A stretch of 64,000 nt of DNA from NCBI GenBank assembly GCA_943704425.1, contig CALSCP010000313.1, positions 232,713 through 296,712 on the forward strand, in the 5' to 3' direction. The notes below the pieces were generated by a model. That model had not been told where the DNA came from. It did no database searches and was given only the letters and a program-made list of their open reading frames with translations. The DNA is from Ministeria vibrans ATCC 50519. Its lineage: Eukaryota > Protista > Filasterea. Within the stretch, counting starts at the first letter, position 1, and the number at the start of each line of letters is the position of its first letter. The translations under genes and the position numbers were made by a program. Positions 60,972-64,000 of the stretch are shown piece by piece.

Positions 60972-62842
60972 TCACCACCAGCGCTTCTTGCGATCCGCAC
61001 TGCGTTCCCTCAATAACCCCAGCACACTGCGCTTCTCGGCAGGTGAGAACTCCAAGATGGTCATGAGAGCAGCGGCGAGACGCTCCACTTGATCCGGCTC
61101 ACACGCAAACAGTCGCAACAGCACATTCTTTACATACTCCAAATTGACACTTTCGCGTGTCTACAAAAAAAAAGAAAAAAAAAAAAAGGATTGCACACAA
61201 TCAGCACTAAGAACACACGAAGCAGACATAAAACGAACACGCCACAAGATTTTTTTTCTTTTCTTTTTACCTGATTGCGCTCCAGTCTGCGCAGCTCCTC
61301 CTTTAGCAGCACAGTCTGATCATTCAAATGACGTTCGCGCAACTCTGCATCCCGCAGCAACTCCAGTATCTCGTGCAAACGTCGTTCGCCCTCCCGCACA
61401 CGCCCTACCAACACATCCGCGTCCGACGACACCCCTTCCACCTCCACTGCTGCCTCTTCATCTCCTCTTTCTCCCCCTTTCTCCTCCTCCTCCCTCTCCT
61501 CCAGCGCCCTTTCTGCCCCATCTCCCACCAGCACCCCCATTAGCCCTCCTCCACGTCCGCTCGTCCCCACGCGACCCATTCCTCGTCCACCACCACCACC
61601 ACTACCACCACCACCACCATTCTGCATCCCCCTCAACCGCATCAGCTCCCCATCGCGCTCTCGCACCATCTGCAGCGCTCGCTCGCGACTGCGTTGCAAC
61701 TGCCGGCGCAACTGCACTGTCTCGCTCTCATGTGCCGCCTTCGTTTCACGCATCTGATCCTCATGCTCACGCTCCATCTGCTCCATTTTCCCCCGCAACT
61801 CCAACACCAAGTCATGGCTGCTTTCATCCGACTGGCTCTGCGCGCTCACCGTCGTTGCTTCACAGTGTGTCGTTGTCGTCTCACTAACATGCGGCGTGCT
61901 GTTGAGCGTCGCCTGCAGCTGCCGATACCGCTCTTCCGTGGCCATAGCAACCTCGCGCCACTCTGTTGCCGCAAGCACATACTCTGCGGCAGCGGCATCC
62001 GCAGCACCAGCATCGTGAACAGCTCGTGTGTCGTAGGTGACCGCCTCATTTGACACTTCACCTGCCTCTTCTGCTCGCTCCAGTGTCTCTTCCAAGTTTC
62101 GAATACGCTCCTGATCTACCACACGCTGGCGTTCGTAGTCCCCAACAAGCGTCGACAACTCCGACACGCGCGTCTCCAACTCATCACACTGCCGCTGTCG
62201 CCACTGTGTCTCCGCCAAGCGAGCCTCTCCCGCAACTTCTCCTGCCGCCAAGGGCGCTGCCTCACGTGCCGCTCGCAGATCATGCTCGGTGCGTGCCAGA
62301 CGTTCACCGAGAACACTCACCTCGTCGCGTGCCTTTTGCATTTGCTCCAGGTGCTCTTCGGATCGCAACGTAAGCAGCGTTTGCTTGCTCTGCTCGCTCA
62401 GTCGCAACCGTTCTACCTCGGCCAGGAGCTCTTTCTCGCGTTGCACACTCGCCAGACGACTAGCCTCTTTTGCTGCCTTCGACCGAAGCTCTTCGACACT
62501 CCGCTGCAACCCATCGATCGTCTGTCTGTCGGCATCTGCGCGCGACAGCATCTTCTTCTTCTCCACGCGATACGCCCCCTCAAGACGCTCCTTCTCCGCC
62601 GTCATGTCCGTCAGCGCCCGTGTCAGTCGAACTACCTGCTCGTTGGACGTCGAATCGCCCTCCTCCTTGCTCTCGTTCGACTCATTCGAGGCAGTTCTAG
62701 ACATGGCGTGTCAAAAGAAAAAAGAACATCGCTTAACAGTCGCGTACAGAGCTGCAAGAGACGCCGCAAGTGCATCTTTCTCCTTCTGAAGACCCTTGTA
62801 AGCATGTATTAAGTCCCGTAATCGTGTATCATGTCTAGACAT
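60972..62842 (-). CDS. GCC1: GRIP-domain trans-Golgi golgin GCC88-like, 3 exons
   Basis: First exon RLRDLIHAYKGLQKEKDALAASL, then VSELSTLVGDYE..R..DQ and LKEELRRLERNQ-TRESVNLEYVKNVL...TILEFSPAEK..WW*. Confidence 0.88.
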
Positions 62843-62950
62843 GGTCAAAATATATTTTTGTGAGAATGAGTAAATGATGACTGTTTTTTAGATTTTAGAC
62901 GTTAATCGTAAAAATTCATATTATTTTGTTTTTTTCTCTCACCTTACAAT

Positions 62951-64000
62951 ATGGAATGGGCAACGCAGCGCACCGTTGACGCCCTTGTCTTTGCTGGCTT
63001 TGCCATGCCCAACGATCCGGCATCGGTCGAAGGCGTCCTTCCCGCCGCCCCTCCCGCTGCCAGTGCCAGTGCCAGTGCCAGTGCCAGTAGTGCCAGTAGT
63101 GCCAGTGCCTCACAGCCACAGCCACAGCCTGGCCGGGGCGCCACGCCACCCTTGTCGGCGCAAGCGGAAGACCAACTCATTGATGAGTACTTGCGACAGT
63201 TGGTGCCGGCCGGCAGCGAATCGGCGCGCCCACCGAGCGGCGAAGTGAGTGTGGACGACGACTCCTTCTCGGACCAACAGTCCGTCGACGCCCAAGTGCT
63301 GTTTGGGCCGCTCCTGTGCGACCCGGCCCAGGGCAGAGAAATGGCACACTTTGAAGCGCCAATGGATCAAACAGAAGACTCAAAGACCGTCATGTTCGCC
63401 GAAGGGACCAGCGACAGGTACACACAAGATAGACCGAGCCAAAAAAAAAAAAAAAAAAAAAAAAAAAATNNNNNNNNNNGTGCTCTATCACAGCCAAGGA
63501 TGGCAATGGAGCGCCGGTGGATGTCAGTGTCAAGGTACAAAAAACATTCTGTCGCCATATCACGCCCATTCAACCGTCTCGCGTTGCGTACTTTCCACTC
63601 CCATGTTGTGCGCTGAACTCGTCTGCGTTTGCGACGCGCTTGCATTTCTCGGCGCGATTCCCGTCACGAGTTCACTGACTGGGTTTCTCACGTGAAACGC
63701 AGACGAGAAAAAAAAAGCATTAAGGGTGGTCGATGATTTATCTCTCTCTCTCTCTCTCTCTCTCGCCCTTTCATCCCTCTCCCTGCTGCGTGGTCTGCAC
63801 CCTGTTGGCCTATGTGTTTGTAATTGACACTCGCATCGCGTGGCTTCCCGCTAGAAATCCCCACGAAGACCACAAGCGGTCGGTGCACATTGCGGCGGAG
63901 CAGAAGCGACGCAACAACATCAACACGGGCTTTGAAGAGCTCCAGCAGCTCATCCCGGCGTGCTCGTCGCCCGCGCGCACCACCCGCATCAGCAAGGCCA
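62951..64000 (+). CDS. Mlx/Mondo-family bHLH-ZIP transcription factor (partial; exon structure uncertain across the gap)
   Basis: The exon from ~63855 reads NPHEDHKRSVHIAAEQKRRNNINTGFEELQQLIPAC...ISKA, with the H-E-R basic region of E-box binders. Confidence 0.85.

Overview
Gene-dense, intron-rich eukaryotic nuclear DNA from a draft assembly (5 N-gaps), with GC-rich exons, short AT-rich intergenic spacers and many microsatellite-filled introns. About 24 protein-coding genes were read by manual exon joining: a coiled-coil protein, a small YABBY/HMG-box protein, 5-oxoprolinase, a plant-type trifunctional tRNA ligase, a secreted DUF6259-like glycosidase, an unknown secreted protein, FIBP, DENND4, a divergent Mtf1/TFB2M-like protein, HAAO, a CHASE hybrid histidine kinase, a FAM177-like protein, a RUN-C1-Rubicon-homology protein, an SLC26 transporter, RPL37A, MPP10, CEP164, an intronless receptor-like kinase, MRPL15, a UBX protein, an LBP/BPI protein, GCC1 and an Mlx/Mondo bHLH. 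The mix of animal-type and non-animal genes, plus CEP164, suggests a flagellated unicellular relative of animals; this is inference. I found no single multi-gene novel system. The most notable items are: (1) an HAAO with both the microbial rubredoxin-like Cys4 site and the animal second cupin, where retaining one intron would give the short form; (2) a complete plant-type tRNA ligase; (3) a CHASE kinase with cytokinin-receptor architecture; (4) a structured candidate poison exon in RPL37A intron 1; (5) a tandem-duplicated structured non-coding element. All family calls come from remembered motifs; no database searches were run.
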